From Octopus vulgaris (Eukaryota), in assembly GCA_951406725.2 (NCBI GenBank), contig OX597818.1, forward strand, positions 74,772,001-74,836,000: DNA of 64,000 nt, in the 5' to 3' direction. Of the stretch, positions 40,400 to 53,484 are shown piece after piece. Both the position numbers and the translations under genes were made by a program. The notes under the pieces were generated by a model. That model saw only the letters and a list, made by a program, of their open reading frames with translations, had not been told where the DNA came from and searched no databases. Each line of letters opens with the position of its first letter. The stretch's first letter is position 1.

Positions 40400-41430
40400 A
40401 ACGGCGTTATCAAAAGTAATATGAAAGTAGGAATACCATTTTTAACAAACAGAAATTGTTGAAAGTGCACATGTTAGTATAGTAACTCCTCCTCTATAGT
40501 AATGCTTCTCCATAGCAAGTAATGATGGGTAGCAAGCAGAAGCAACGAGGAAGGGTGCAGAAAATGTTATGTTATTTATTCAAATGACACTATAGTGAAA
40601 ATCAAATATGAAGACCTTTAAAAAAAGTGAAGTCAACTTTAAAGACAAAGCACGCAGTGTATCAACTACGACCAATCGCCAGTGATTGGATGAACTGGTT
40701 CGCACGAATAGAAGTGTTACAATCAGTGAACTTGCTACACAAGATTGGGGTCATAGCATATTACAGAATATGCTTGACATATTTGAGTATCGGATAATAT
40801 GTCCACAGTGAGCACCTAACTTTGATGGAGAAAGAGTGGAAGGCTGTCCTGATCTGTTAGTAATGTTCGAAGCCAATAAAGACATATCTTTTCACATCAG
40901 ATCAGATAAGACAACACGTGTGTGCGCATTTTGCGATTCTGAAATAAAGGCTCAGTTCATAGAATGACTTCATACGTTTTGTTTTGAGACTTATGAAGTT
41001 TAAAAGCCAGCCATCAGGGCTGAAAATTAATGAGGGGTGTTTGGAGGGTTGACAAGAGTCATTCTCCATAAATGTTTGGCATTTATCTGTACCGCAAACA
41101 TCAAGCGATATTCTAAAGCAATAAAAACGTTTCGAGAAGACATTACGAAGAAAAGGGTGAGGAAGCATATGGAAGTGATTCGTGTTCAGAATAACAAAGC
41201 ACGAGCACATACATCTTTGTCTATAAACATGCAATCGGGAAATTGCTGTGCTCTTTGGCCCTCAATACATCGTATACCACAGACATACGACTTCAAACTT
41301 AAGTTTAGTTGTTTTGTTTTCAACGATAGGGAACTTTTTTAATGAATCAAATATTGAAATCTACGTATGACCTGGCCAGGTGCAACATTTGTAGCATAAA
41401 GCAGCTATTCTTAATATACCTTCAATTAGG
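40400..41430 (+). mobile_element. Highly degenerate mariner-like relic
   Basis: 'NNKARAH' resembles HDNARPH; remnants of HTH, GRP and WVP regions; many stops. Confidence 0.45.
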
Positions 41431-41967
41431 TATTGTATGTTTTAAAAAGTAACATAAATATTTGCACGGTTAAAAACAAGAACAAATTTCCGTGTGGTTT
41501 GTCATTTGTTATCTTTCAGTTCTAAAATACCCAAAACATCCATTATCTCTGTTTTACGCCAGAAATACTAATATCAAATTAGTTTTAAAAAATATATTAA
41601 AAACCTACTTTAGAAAGATAATTCATGACAACTTCCATGACATCGCGTTGTTAGTATGGCTTACTGTTCAATAGACAAGGAAAGATTCACACACAAATAC
41701 ACACACAGCGGCAAAAAGCTATATATGCCTATATGTGTATAAGTATCACTCACTCTTTCTCTCTCTCTCTCACTTCTCCCTACACACACAAACACACACG
41801 CACACACACACACACATATATATATATTTATATTTGTATGTATATGTACATATATATTTTATATGTTTTGTTGAACGTCTGTCTTCTTTACAAAAGAATG
41901 GAACAAGTATTCAATATATAATACAAAATTTGTATATTTTGTTGCAAATTGACGCTTCAAATATCGC

Positions 41968-42040
<73 letters not shown>

Positions 42041-42157
42041 CATATATATAGAGAGAGAGAGAGAGAGACAGACAGAGAGAGAGACAGAGAGACAGAGAGA
42101 CAGAGGAGGAGGGGGAGGAGAAACAGAGACAGAGATATAGATAGATAGAACGATAGG

Positions 42158-42211
<54 letters not shown>

Positions 42212-42452
42212 TAGTATATATTATAATACTGTATAATATTTTAATGAATGTTGGTTTCTGTGACACCTGCATTCGTAAGTGATCGAGTAATTAATGTGTA
42301 AAATTCATGAGCCTAAGAGTTGTTATTGTTCTTATAGAAACGAAGGATATTAATATCAATTCTTTCGAGTTTAAAAAGACTTCCTGAAATATATTCACGA
42401 GTGTTAATTAACGTGATTCGTTTCCTACAATTTCTACAGAAAAACTAGTCAT

Positions 42453-42496
<44 letters not shown>

Positions 42497-42601
42497 CCTC
42501 CTACTCCCTACACACACTGCTTGACCATGGAATGGCATGTTTTCTACACATCTAATAACGTATTTTGGTCACTTACTCATTGAGAAAGAATGCGCTTTGA
42601 T

Positions 42602-42672
<71 letters not shown>

Positions 42673-42715
42673 GCACACACATAAACACGTACACTAACAC
42701 ACACACATATATATA

Positions 42716-43558
42716 TAGGGTGCGATGGTGAAATTGTCACCATTTTATGCTTCTAATTTCGTGCATGCGCATTGTTTGTTTTTGATCTTTTCGACTACAC
42801 ATTATAGTATGGTCAGTTCGACACCGGCTGTGAGAAAAACAGCACCACGATGCAATTCATTCTCCAGAAATTTGGAAACGATATGCTGAACCGCTTGGTA
42901 TTCGCGCCAAATGCACCAATACGAACATTTGGGAGTGTCAGTCTCAGGACAGTGCAATCTGAGAACATATACCGAGAGTGATAAAAACCAAACATCCCGT
43001 GAACATCATGGAGTTTCGAGTGATCACTAGTGATGGCGAAGTTATTCCTCCATTCACCTTCCCACGTAGCCTCAGGCTCAACTCAACCCGGAGGTCTACA
43101 CTAAGTTCCTGGAGGAGGTAGTGTTGCCTTGGATCAAGAGCATGTCTGCTGGAAGACCCTATATCTGGCAACAGAACTCCACACCAAGCCATACAGGCAG
43201 GAAAACCCAGTCATGGCAGTCAGTGAATTTATGCGACCACATCACCCCTAACATCTGGCCACCTAACTCCCCAGAATGTAACTCCCTTTAATATTATGTG
43301 TGGGGCGCAGTTGAGCGAGAGACTAACAAAACTCCTTGTAAAACCAACATTCATCAATTAGAGAAGGAGACGGTCCAGAAGAGTTGCAGAAGATTCCAGA
43401 GTCGAGTGGAGGCCGTGCTTGAAGCCAAAGGCGTTTTAATTGGATGAATTTACTCTTTAGTATTTCGAAATATTTTAATATAGTTTTAGTATAAATATAT
43501 CCCTTAAGATGAGATAACAGTGTTCTTTTCCTTTTTGCGTAACTTAGACAGCACCCTG
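42716..43558 (+). mobile_element. maT/DD37D-like transposon, second copy
   Basis: KTKHPVNIM..VITSDG.V.PPF, WQQNSTPSHT, WPPNSPECN..YYVWGAVERETN; termini match the 6071 copy. Confidence 0.85.
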
Positions 43559-43865
43559 TATATATATATATATATATCTGTGTGTGTGCGTGTGTGTGTG
43601 TGTGTGAGAGAGAGAGTGTGCGTGGGTGGGTGTGTACATTATTCCATAATTACAAACATAATTATAATCAGGGAACAGCTCATTCCTTCACTATGCACCG
43701 AATTTACAAAATTGGAGTTAAAATTAATATAATTCTGCTTATAATTAAAGATTATTTGTATAATTTTACCTAAAAAGGTTAGTATAACGTACAGAACTAC
43801 TTGGTGAAATTCTTAATTGTTAATTAATTAATTGACTAATTCATAAATTGATTTTACCCTTCTGT

Positions 43866-43941
<76 letters not shown>

Positions 43942-44079
43942 CAGAGAGACAGAGACAGAGACAGAGACAGAGACAGAGAGACAGAGACAGAGAAAGAGAC
44001 AGAGGGAGAGAGAGAGAGACAGAGGGAGAGAGACAGACAGATAGATAGATACATACATACATAAATATATATATATATG

Positions 44080-44137
<58 letters not shown>

Positions 44138-44139
<2 letters not shown>

Positions 44140-45462
44140 GGAGTAAACACATAAATGTGAAATAAGGTGGAAAAAGAGTACTCAAATACCAGTGGTAGAG
44201 TAATATGCTTTATTTTAAGCAGCAGAAAATTCAACAAAATCTGTTACTCTGAGTTTCTCGTTGCCGTTCATCAGACAGTTTTTGCTAGAATGGAACATAT
44301 ATATTAATTCAATCTATACTCTTACAAACGCTACACCTTTAAAAAGAAATGAACTTGTTTGATTGGCCCTTTAGAAAAACCGGTCAATCTTCGAGAGATT
44401 AACAAAAAGGTCAAAAATATATGTATATATATATAAAAAAAACTTATAAAAATTATAAAATCCGAGGAAAAAACCGAGGAAAAAACCTATTGCCGTTAAT
44501 GAAGACAGTACAAATTAATGCATAGAAATTAAACCTGTTATAAATACTGCAATACATATTTATATTAAAATCCACATATATATATCAACATACACAAAAG
44601 GATGCGCGTAAACGCCATACATACATATACAGACGTATGAATATGAATCTAAATTATACACATAAAAGCATGTGTACATATATTCACGCAAACCGTCTCG
44701 CACGCAAGCTAAAATTCATCTATGTAGCAATTCTCATATACTGAGCAAGGAGGGGGAACGAAAGAAAGGGAAAGAGAGAAAAAGGAACGAAGGAGGGGTG
44801 GGGAAAAAACTTGTAGCGATATTATTGGCATCTATAGAGGCCAGTATACATACACAAGTTTGAATTGATACATATACATACCGTCGTGTGTATGCGTGCT
44901 GAAGCACAAGCATACTTTCACTTACACATACACAGATACGCATGCTTACAAATACATATGCTTTGCTATACACAAACTTATATAAACATTCTAAATTTGA
45001 CAACATTGCTTTTTTTTAAAAAAAAAAAAACATTGCTTTTAAAAAATGGGTGCATTAATAAAAATATATACGAAAGACATATAAAATAAAATATAACATC
45101 CTATTTTGGGTCATTTATAAATAATCAAGGTAATATAAATAATCAAGGTAATCTTATGCAATACAATAACATGAAAACTAAGTTTGTAGGTTTTTCCTAA
45201 TATATATGTAGAAACAATAAGACTTTGCTATAGGTCCGTCGTAGCGCTCAAGAGTCAAAATCAAAATCAAAAAATCAAAATACAAAATATATACTCTATC
45301 CATATGGTATATTTATATTCGACATTTTAAATTTAGCCGTGTGCCTACATAAGTTCATTAATTCACTTCTTTGATTCAAAGAATTATTGTCTTTGAATAA
45401 TATGTGCATTTTTTCTAATAAGCAAAGCCTGCACTTGAAATTATATTTGTAAGCTCCATGCC

Positions 45463-45463
<1 letters not shown>
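44138..45463 (-). repeat. Inverted copy of the Naiad-like PLE 3' end and tail
   Basis: 44208..45463 is the reverse complement of 46720..47972 with only a few substitutions, plus 70 extra tail nt ending at (TA)n. Confidence 0.95.
44230..44290 (-). ncRNA. Minimal hammerhead ribozyme (copy of 47890..47950)
   Basis: Reverse complement of the 47890 motif. Confidence 0.85.
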
Positions 45464-45504
<41 letters not shown>

Positions 45505-45507
45505 CAA

Positions 45508-45540
<33 letters not shown>

Positions 45541-45652
45541 CATACATACGTACATACATGCATACATACATGCATACATACGTACATACATACATACATA
45601 CATACATACATACATACATACATACATACATACATGCATACATACATACATT

Positions 45653-46887
45653 AAGAAGACTGACGATTCTCTTTTCGATGTACCGATGGGGGCATACGAC
45701 GGGGCTGAATTATGTATGCTCATAGGAGCCTTTATTCTCCATAATCTAAAAATAGAATTCCCATTTATAGATGCAGGTCTATATAGGGATGACGGCCTTA
45801 TAGCCACGCATAATCTAAACGGCCATGAATCAGATAGACTTAGGAAGGACCTTATAGCTTTCTTTCAAAGGATGGGCTTACGGATTACGATAGATACTAA
45901 CCTGAATAGTGTAGATTTTTTAGACGTAAATTTTAATGTAAGATCGGATAGATTTAAACCTTTCCGTAAGCCCAATGAAAAGCTATCGTATATTAGCAAA
46001 GATTCGAACCATCCACCAGTTATCCTTAGCAACTTAGTCAGCAATGTAGGTAGAAGAATATCTTCAATTTCTTCGGACGAGGCAGCATTCCATAATGCTG
46101 CACCTTATTACGATAGCGCATTAAAGAATAGTGGATTCTCGGAGAAGATCCAGTTCAACCAGCTTAATGCTAATAATAATGCTGCACGAAGAACTAGGAC
46201 CAGGAAAGTTTTGTGGTTCAACCCGGCTTTCAATTTGGCCGTAAAGACTAATATAGGTAAGGAATTTTTGAGATTAGTCTCTAAGCATTTTAGGCAGGGT
46301 CATAAATTCTACAGAATATTTAATAGAAGAACCCTGAAGGTTAGCTATTCTTGTTGCAGAAATTTCGCCTCTTACATTAGCCAACATAATAGGAAGCTAA
46401 TTGAGATTAGACATGGTGCCGAGCCCATTAAGAAATGTAATTTCAAAAACGAAAGCTCCTGTCCGTTAGAAGGGAAATGTCTAGTGAAAGGAGTAGTTTA
46501 TAGAGCCAAGGTGCAAGTGGAAGGCTCATCGGAATACAAGACATACACAGGGGCTTCAGAAAATTCATTTAAAACAAGATTTTATTCTCATAAGAATTCT
46601 TTTAAATACCCAGAGAATAGAAAGAAAACCAGCCTAGCAAAATATGTCTGGGAACTAAAAGAAAAAAAGCCCCACCTTTCAACGTGACATGGAGCATTCT
46701 GGACAGGGCGGCACCATACAGGCATGGAGCTTACAAATATAATTTCAAGTGCAGGCTTTGCTTATTAGAAAAAATGCACATATTATTCAAAGACAATAAT
46801 TCTTTGAATCAAAGAAGTGAATTAATGAACTTATGTAGGCACACGGCTAAATTTAAAATGTCGAATATAAATATACCATATGGATAG
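45653..46887 (+). CDS. 5'-truncated Naiad-like Penelope RT-GIY-YIG ORF with one frameshift near 46670
   Basis: FDVPMGAYDGAE, GLYRDDGL, VDFLDV, PFRKPN, SNHPP, WFNP.F, KVSYSC, CN..N..SCPLEGKC, VVY...YTG, FKTRF..H, CRLCLLEK, LN.RSEL..LCRH. Confidence 0.93.
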
Positions 46888-47889
46888 AGTATATATTTTG
46901 TATTTTGATTTTTTGATTTTGATTTTGACTCTTGAGCGCTACGACGGACCTATAGCAAAGTCTTATTGTTTCTACATATATATTAGGAAAAACCTACAAA
47001 CTTTGTTTTCATGTTATTGTATTGCATAAGATTACCTTGATTATTTATATTACCTTGATTATTTATAAATGACCCAAAATAGGATGTTATATTATATTTT
47101 ATGTCTTTCGTATATATTTTTATTAATGCACCCATTTTTTAAAAGCAATGTTTTTTTTTTAAAAAAAAAAGCAATGTTGTCAAATTTAGAATGTTTATAT
47201 AAGTTTGTGTATAGCAAAGCATATGTATTTGTAAGCATGCGTATCTGTGTATGTGTAAGTGAAAGTATGCTTGTGCTTAAGCACGCATACACACGACGGT
47301 ATGTATATGTATCAATTCAAACTTGTGTATGTATACTGGCCTCTATAGATGCCAATAATATCGCTACAAGTTTTTTCCCCACCCCTCCTTCGTTCCTTTT
47401 TCTCTCTTTCCCTTTCTTTCGTTCCCCCTCCTTGCTCAGTATATGAGAATTGCTACATAGATGAATTTTAGCTTGCGTGCGAGACGGTTTGCGTGAATAT
47501 ATGTACACATGCTTTTATGTGTATAATTTAGATTCATATTCATACGTCTGTATATGTATGTATGGCGTTTACGCGCATCCTTTTGTGTATGTTGATATAT
47601 ATATGTGGATTTTAATATAAATATGTATTGCAGTATTTATAACAGGTTTAATTTCTATGCATTAATTTGTACTGTCTTCATTAACGGCAATAGGTTTTTT
47701 CCTCGGTTTTTTCCTCGGATTTTATAATTTTTATAAGTTTTTTTTATATATATATACATATATTTTTGACCTTTTTGTTAATCTCTCGAAGATTGACCGG
47801 TTTTTCTAAAGGGCCAATCAAACAAGTTCATTTCTTTTTAAAGGTGTAGCGTTTGTAAGAGTATAGATTGAATTAATATATATGTTCCA

Positions 47890-47950
47890 TTCTAGCAAAA
47901 ACTGTCTGATGAACGGCAACGAGAAACTCAGAGTAACAGATTTTGTTGAA
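47890..47950 (+). ncRNA. Minimal type I hammerhead ribozyme in the PLE tail
   Basis: ttctagcaaaaactgt-CTGATGA-a-cg[gcaa]cg-a-GAAA-ctc a gag-TA-acagattttgttgaa; GUA triplet, long stem I, GNRA-capped 2-bp stem II. Confidence 0.85.
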
Positions 47951-47983
47951 TTTTCTGCTTCTTAAAATAAAGTATATATATAT

Positions 47984-48018
<35 letters not shown>

Positions 48019-48132
48019 CAAACATACATACATACATACATACATATATACATACATACGTACATACATGCATACATACATGCATACATACGTACATACA
48101 TACATACATACATACATACATACATACATACA

Positions 48133-48163
<31 letters not shown>

Positions 48164-49290
48164 GTTTCTTTATTAGCCACACAGGGCTGCACACAGGGAG
48201 AAAAAAAAGGTGGTGTAGGTGTTCGATTAAAGGGGATCGTAAAAAGGAAAGAAAAAAACGATCAGTAGGGTCGTGTATCACAGAAATGTCATGATGTATA
48301 GTGTAAAGGGGGGAACAGAAAATGTTTATCCGTGGAAAGAAAAGCCTACGGAAAAGACCACGGTATCCTCGGTCAATAATATCGCATGTTAACACATTTA
48401 TTTGCAAGTAAGTAACTCTCTGTTTTAAATTTTTCCGGGTTCGTAGGATTATGCTCATTCATACCTGCCATCCCTGCTACATTCACCCATCTTTTTTTGA
48501 AACATTCGCTAGACAAAACTTGCCTCTCTACTCTTACTTTCCTTTTCGAGTGATACTTGAAGAAGTTGATGAAAGATTGACCAGAGAGGAACGTGCTTGT
48601 CTCCAATCCTTTCAGACGTGTCTACCAGATACATTCTTTCGCCATAGCCATATGTATGATGAAAATAGCCCTTCCTTCCCGTTTGAAGGAAGGAGACGTG
48701 ACAATATTGACGATAGACTCGGCTGATAAACCGACTCGTCCCACAGGTGACAGCAGTCGTCCGACATAAGCCCACAGGTCGGAAATGGTTAGACACTGCA
48801 CAAGTGCGTGCAGAACGGTTTCGTCGCTCTGGCCGCATCTCGGGCTGGTCGGTCCCATGTTTCTCGCGCCATGTCTGTAGAGCTTATCCCGAATGGGTAG
48901 TGCTTCTCGGTAGCGCTACCAGGCCAGGGATCTCTGGAAGTTGTCCATGGGCCCTGGCCCGAAAGTCGTCCTGAACAGGCGGGTCAGGTATTTCTCGTCG
49001 ACCTCCAGGTTCGCCCCGAGCACGTCGTCGTACCTCCCCTCCACTAATTCCCTATAGACAGCTTTGGTTGTGTTGAAGTCGCTCAGGGTCGACCCGAGAC
49101 GGCATAGTTGCTTGAGAGCAACGTGACACTCGCGGTGCCATTCGCCCTTCCTCGGCCTCTTTTTGATCCACGACTGTATTTCGGTCATGGAGACGAGTTG
49201 CGGGAAAGCGTGCTTCACAAACGGCGACCACACCTGTTCACCGTCGTCTACGTAGAGCTGGAGATGTCGCAGTCTCAGCGCGTGTCTGCG
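48164..49290 (-). mobile_element. Tx1/L1-group LINE 3' fragment (zf-RVT)
   Basis: LRLRHL, WSPFVK, TKAVYRELV, NFQRSLAW, PRCGQSDETVLHALVQC..ISDLW, AMAKECIW; ends gtggctaataaagaaa. Confidence 0.85.
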
Positions 49291-49840
49291 CATATATATA
49301 CAGATCCATATATACATAGATACATACACATAAACATGCTGCGTCGAATATATATGAAAATATCGCAGTTCGTAGGTATACATCTCTGTGTATTTATCTG
49401 CATATTTAATGGGTGCATGCTTATACATATATGGATATATTTATATTTGTGTGTCGTTTTACTATACAGTTATGTCCATATATATACGTATATACATATA
49501 TGTGCAAAGATGTATTTGTACTACCGGTGCATATTTAATTTTATATGAATATAAGTATACATACATGTGTGTCTGAATCATACATGTCTGGGAGAATTTA
49601 TGTAGTTTTTATGAGTGTGTATATATACATTGTATATTTATATACATATAATATTCGTATTTCTATTGCTTTTGTTAATATATGTGTGCCTATGTGGGTG
49701 TAAATATATGTGTTAGTATGTATGTAAGTATATATATATATGCATGTATATATATGTATATATATATATATGTATGTATATATGTATATATATTTATATA
49801 TATGTACATATATATGCATATATAAATATATATGCATATA

Positions 49841-49899
<59 letters not shown>

Positions 49900-50015
49900 T
49901 ATATATAGTTATATTTGTATGTATGTTTATACTCATTAATACATATGCATACACGTTGGCAGGTGCAAATGCATATCATATATTTCTGAAAATATGTGTG
50001 TGTGTGTATATATAT

Positions 50016-50090
<75 letters not shown>

Positions 50091-50124
50091 GATAGATAGA
50101 TATACATACATATATTCATCTACA

Positions 50125-50158
<34 letters not shown>

Positions 50159-50273
50159 CATACACATATATACATATAGTAAGAGGCGTAGTTAGGTAGG
50201 TTGATAGATAGATAGACAGATAGGCAGGCATACATAGCGATATATAGATAGATAGAAAGAGAGAGAGAGAGAG

Positions 50274-50351
<78 letters not shown>

Positions 50352-50366
50352 TGACAGAGAGGAAAA

Positions 50367-50452
<86 letters not shown>

Positions 50453-51232
50453 AGATGAAAGAAAGAGAAGTCGGAGAACAAACGAGCGAAAGTAACTTTT
50501 AAAACGTTTGGTTGCATCCATGTATATGTAATAATAATTTGATAGAGCCTCTCATTACTTGTAGATTCGTAGGCGTTGGATACGTCCACCTCCTTAGACA
50601 TTAGCTGTGGGAAATCTGAAATAGCTGATGTGTCCTACGCCTCCAGACATTCAAGTAATATGGAGATGAATCAAAATGTCATATGCGTCGGCTTGTGTGG
50701 GTGTGTATATATATAGGAACTCAAGGAGATAATATATCTTTGTTACCCATTTTCTAAGTTAAAAGATAAAAACAATTTATCAAATACTATTGTTGGCAGT
50801 AAGACGATATTTTAACAAAGGTAGTCCAACCATAGCCATGTAATGCTCGAAAATTTTATCTGGCGTATTGCTTCTCATTTAGAAGACATATATGTGAGAT
50901 TCGGCTTCTATATTTAACATATCTAACAACCACCTATAAATTCCCGCGTCTGTACGAGACATTCGGCCCATGAATCGTTCGTGATGCGGAATAATAAGTA
51001 AATGATATACATATACATATATATAGTTACCGACCTGTATGGCGAATTTTTGTCGTTGAGGAGGACCTAAGTAAGTGTAGGATGACTTCTTAAAAATCAA
51101 TCGGCACCTTCCACATTGAACACCATCAGTTCTCTGTTCTTTCCGCTGTCCGTGTAGCCTGGTGTCTCACTGCCCACCGAGTAAAAGCTATAGTCTATAG
51201 ATTAGAGACAGGTATACATATATGTGTTTATA

Positions 51233-51277
<45 letters not shown>

Positions 51278-51282
51278 CAGGA

Positions 51283-51313
<31 letters not shown>

Positions 51314-52961
51314 GTGTGTGTACGTGAATGTAGTTTATGCGCATCCACAAATTAGCCCGCATGTCGCTCAAATTTTAAGAGGACATTCGTAACGACCCTA
51401 GCTGTATTTTGGTCAAATTATTTTCCCTCGAGGCACCCGCGAATAGCGGTAAATAGTTTTGAGCCATAACTTCTAACAATTTTTACGGCGGAGAAATCCG
51501 CCATTGTTTACTAACCAACATGAATTAAGTCCCCTCCTAACGACGATGTGAAGAGAGGTAGGGAGAGGGGGAGAGAGATAACAGATTTTTAAAATTTCGT
51601 CTTTTTACTGAGTGATCAACAAGTAAAAACAGACAGGTGTTTTATGTATGTATGTATGTATCTATGTATATATGTGTGAATGACTTCAGTCACACACACA
51701 CACAGACACGAGCATGTATGCGTACAAAATACATGTATGCAATATGTTTGTGTGTGTGTGTGTTGCCCGTATATATATATATATATATATATATATTTAC
51801 ATATATACACAATATAAGTGATATTCTCCGTTTCTCCACAACTAATTTCCAAATTAGCTGAATCCGTTGCTCTCCTCATAGCGATACATAGCTGGTTGTG
51901 CGTGAACATGGGAGAGAGCAGAGGTTACTAGAGCAAAAGACCTACTTGTTGACTGTAGACACACTCCTTCGCAAACGATCAGCTATTATTTTGTAAACAA
52001 TGTTTCGAAACTGTTCATGTTTTCGAAAGGAGAGATATGACTCACGTCTCTGCGGGAGAAGGTAGCCTCCTCTATTCCTGTTATAAAACTTACTTCCGGG
52101 TGCCAAATTTGCTTCAAATGATGGTATTACTCAGGTAGGAGGTGGTGCTGGGAAAGTGGCAGGGGCAAAGGCGTGCAAAAGCATGTATGCAATAGGTATA
52201 TGTACGTATATGTTTGTGTGTGTGTGTGTTGCCCATATATATATACTTAGTTGTGATCTGAACATAACCGCTTCTCGCACAGACGATCGGGGGCCCTTTT
52301 GGGCGTTCTATTTTCCTTGCTAGAAGGGTTCTCAACTCATGGGCAAAGTGGGGTTACATGATGGGGTGGTGTTTTCAAAAGGGTTGCCATATGCAGCCTG
52401 ATCACCTCTGCCGATCTAATTCCCAACCCATACACTCTCGTCGCGACACTGATTCTACAGAACTGGGTTGGGTATGAAAACCAACTTTAAAGTATAAATA
52501 TAGATGTTTTTGAATCAGCAATGTTCGGTTAACTCCTATTTGGGGTGAAAAATCAATAAACTGATTTTCCATTTAATCAGGACAAAGAAATCGATAAACC
52601 GAGTCCTTATAGGACTTCCCACTAAAATTGGTTACACCCCATTTTCAACCATAACGTCTACCAATTTTGATGTATTCTGTTCAAACTTGATACCAGCATT
52701 ACTTAGGATTCATGGGATCTTTGAATGCTTTAAGTTCTCCAAAAACGAAAAAGAAATCGGTGAGTGGAAAAAATTGATAAACCGATTCCTTATGGGATTT
52801 TCCAATCAAATTGTCTGCAAAATTTCAGCTAAAATTTTACCAATTTCAACGGATTTCACTCAAATTTGACGTCGATGTTACTTTGTTTGCTTTGAAATAA
52901 AGAGTTTGATTAGCTTAATAATCCTAACTTAATCCCGAGCAAGGCCGGGTTATACTGCTAG
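51233..52961 (+). mobile_element. Non-autonomous Helitron
   Basis: 5' TC after A; 3' hairpin cccg-agcaaggc-cggg (52934-49) then CTAG before T (A/T target). Confidence 0.72.
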
Positions 52962-53040
<79 letters not shown>

Positions 53041-53484
53041 TGTATTTAGGAATGGTCATTGTGCCAGTTTAGCCAATAAAAACACACGCACATTCATTGT
53101 TACATACATACAGACACTTACAAAACACACACATACACATATATATATATATACATACATACATACATACATACATACATACATACATACATACATACAT
53201 ACGTATCGCTTTCTTCATTTCCAGAGACATTCTCAACGAGCTAGAGTGTGTTCACAAATTGCTGTGTCAATTTATTCCCTGTATCTCTCTCATTTCTTCC
53301 TCCGCTTTTATCTTCCTTTAGCTCTGTATCCCCTCTCTTTTCCCGCCTTCTCTTCCATTACGCTTTGCTGATCTATTCTGCCTCTATGCGCTGCCAACTT
53401 TTCTATTCCTACTTCCGCTGTAGCAACATATAGCGCTTTTAAATTAAACTCGTCATACTAAAAAAACGCATTCTTCTTATCTCC

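Noticed and set aside
46660-46700. TGA ending the Naiad-like ORF as a possible selenocysteine codon (some Naiads encode Sec)
   Set aside because: Homology continues in a different frame (FNVTWSIL...), so it is a frameshift at a poly-A run; the TGA is not at a Cys position and no convincing SECIS was seen.
50545-50655. Minus-strand hairpin with CTGGAGG...GAAT...GTA
   Set aside because: Three core mismatches and a poor stem I; at best a fossil.
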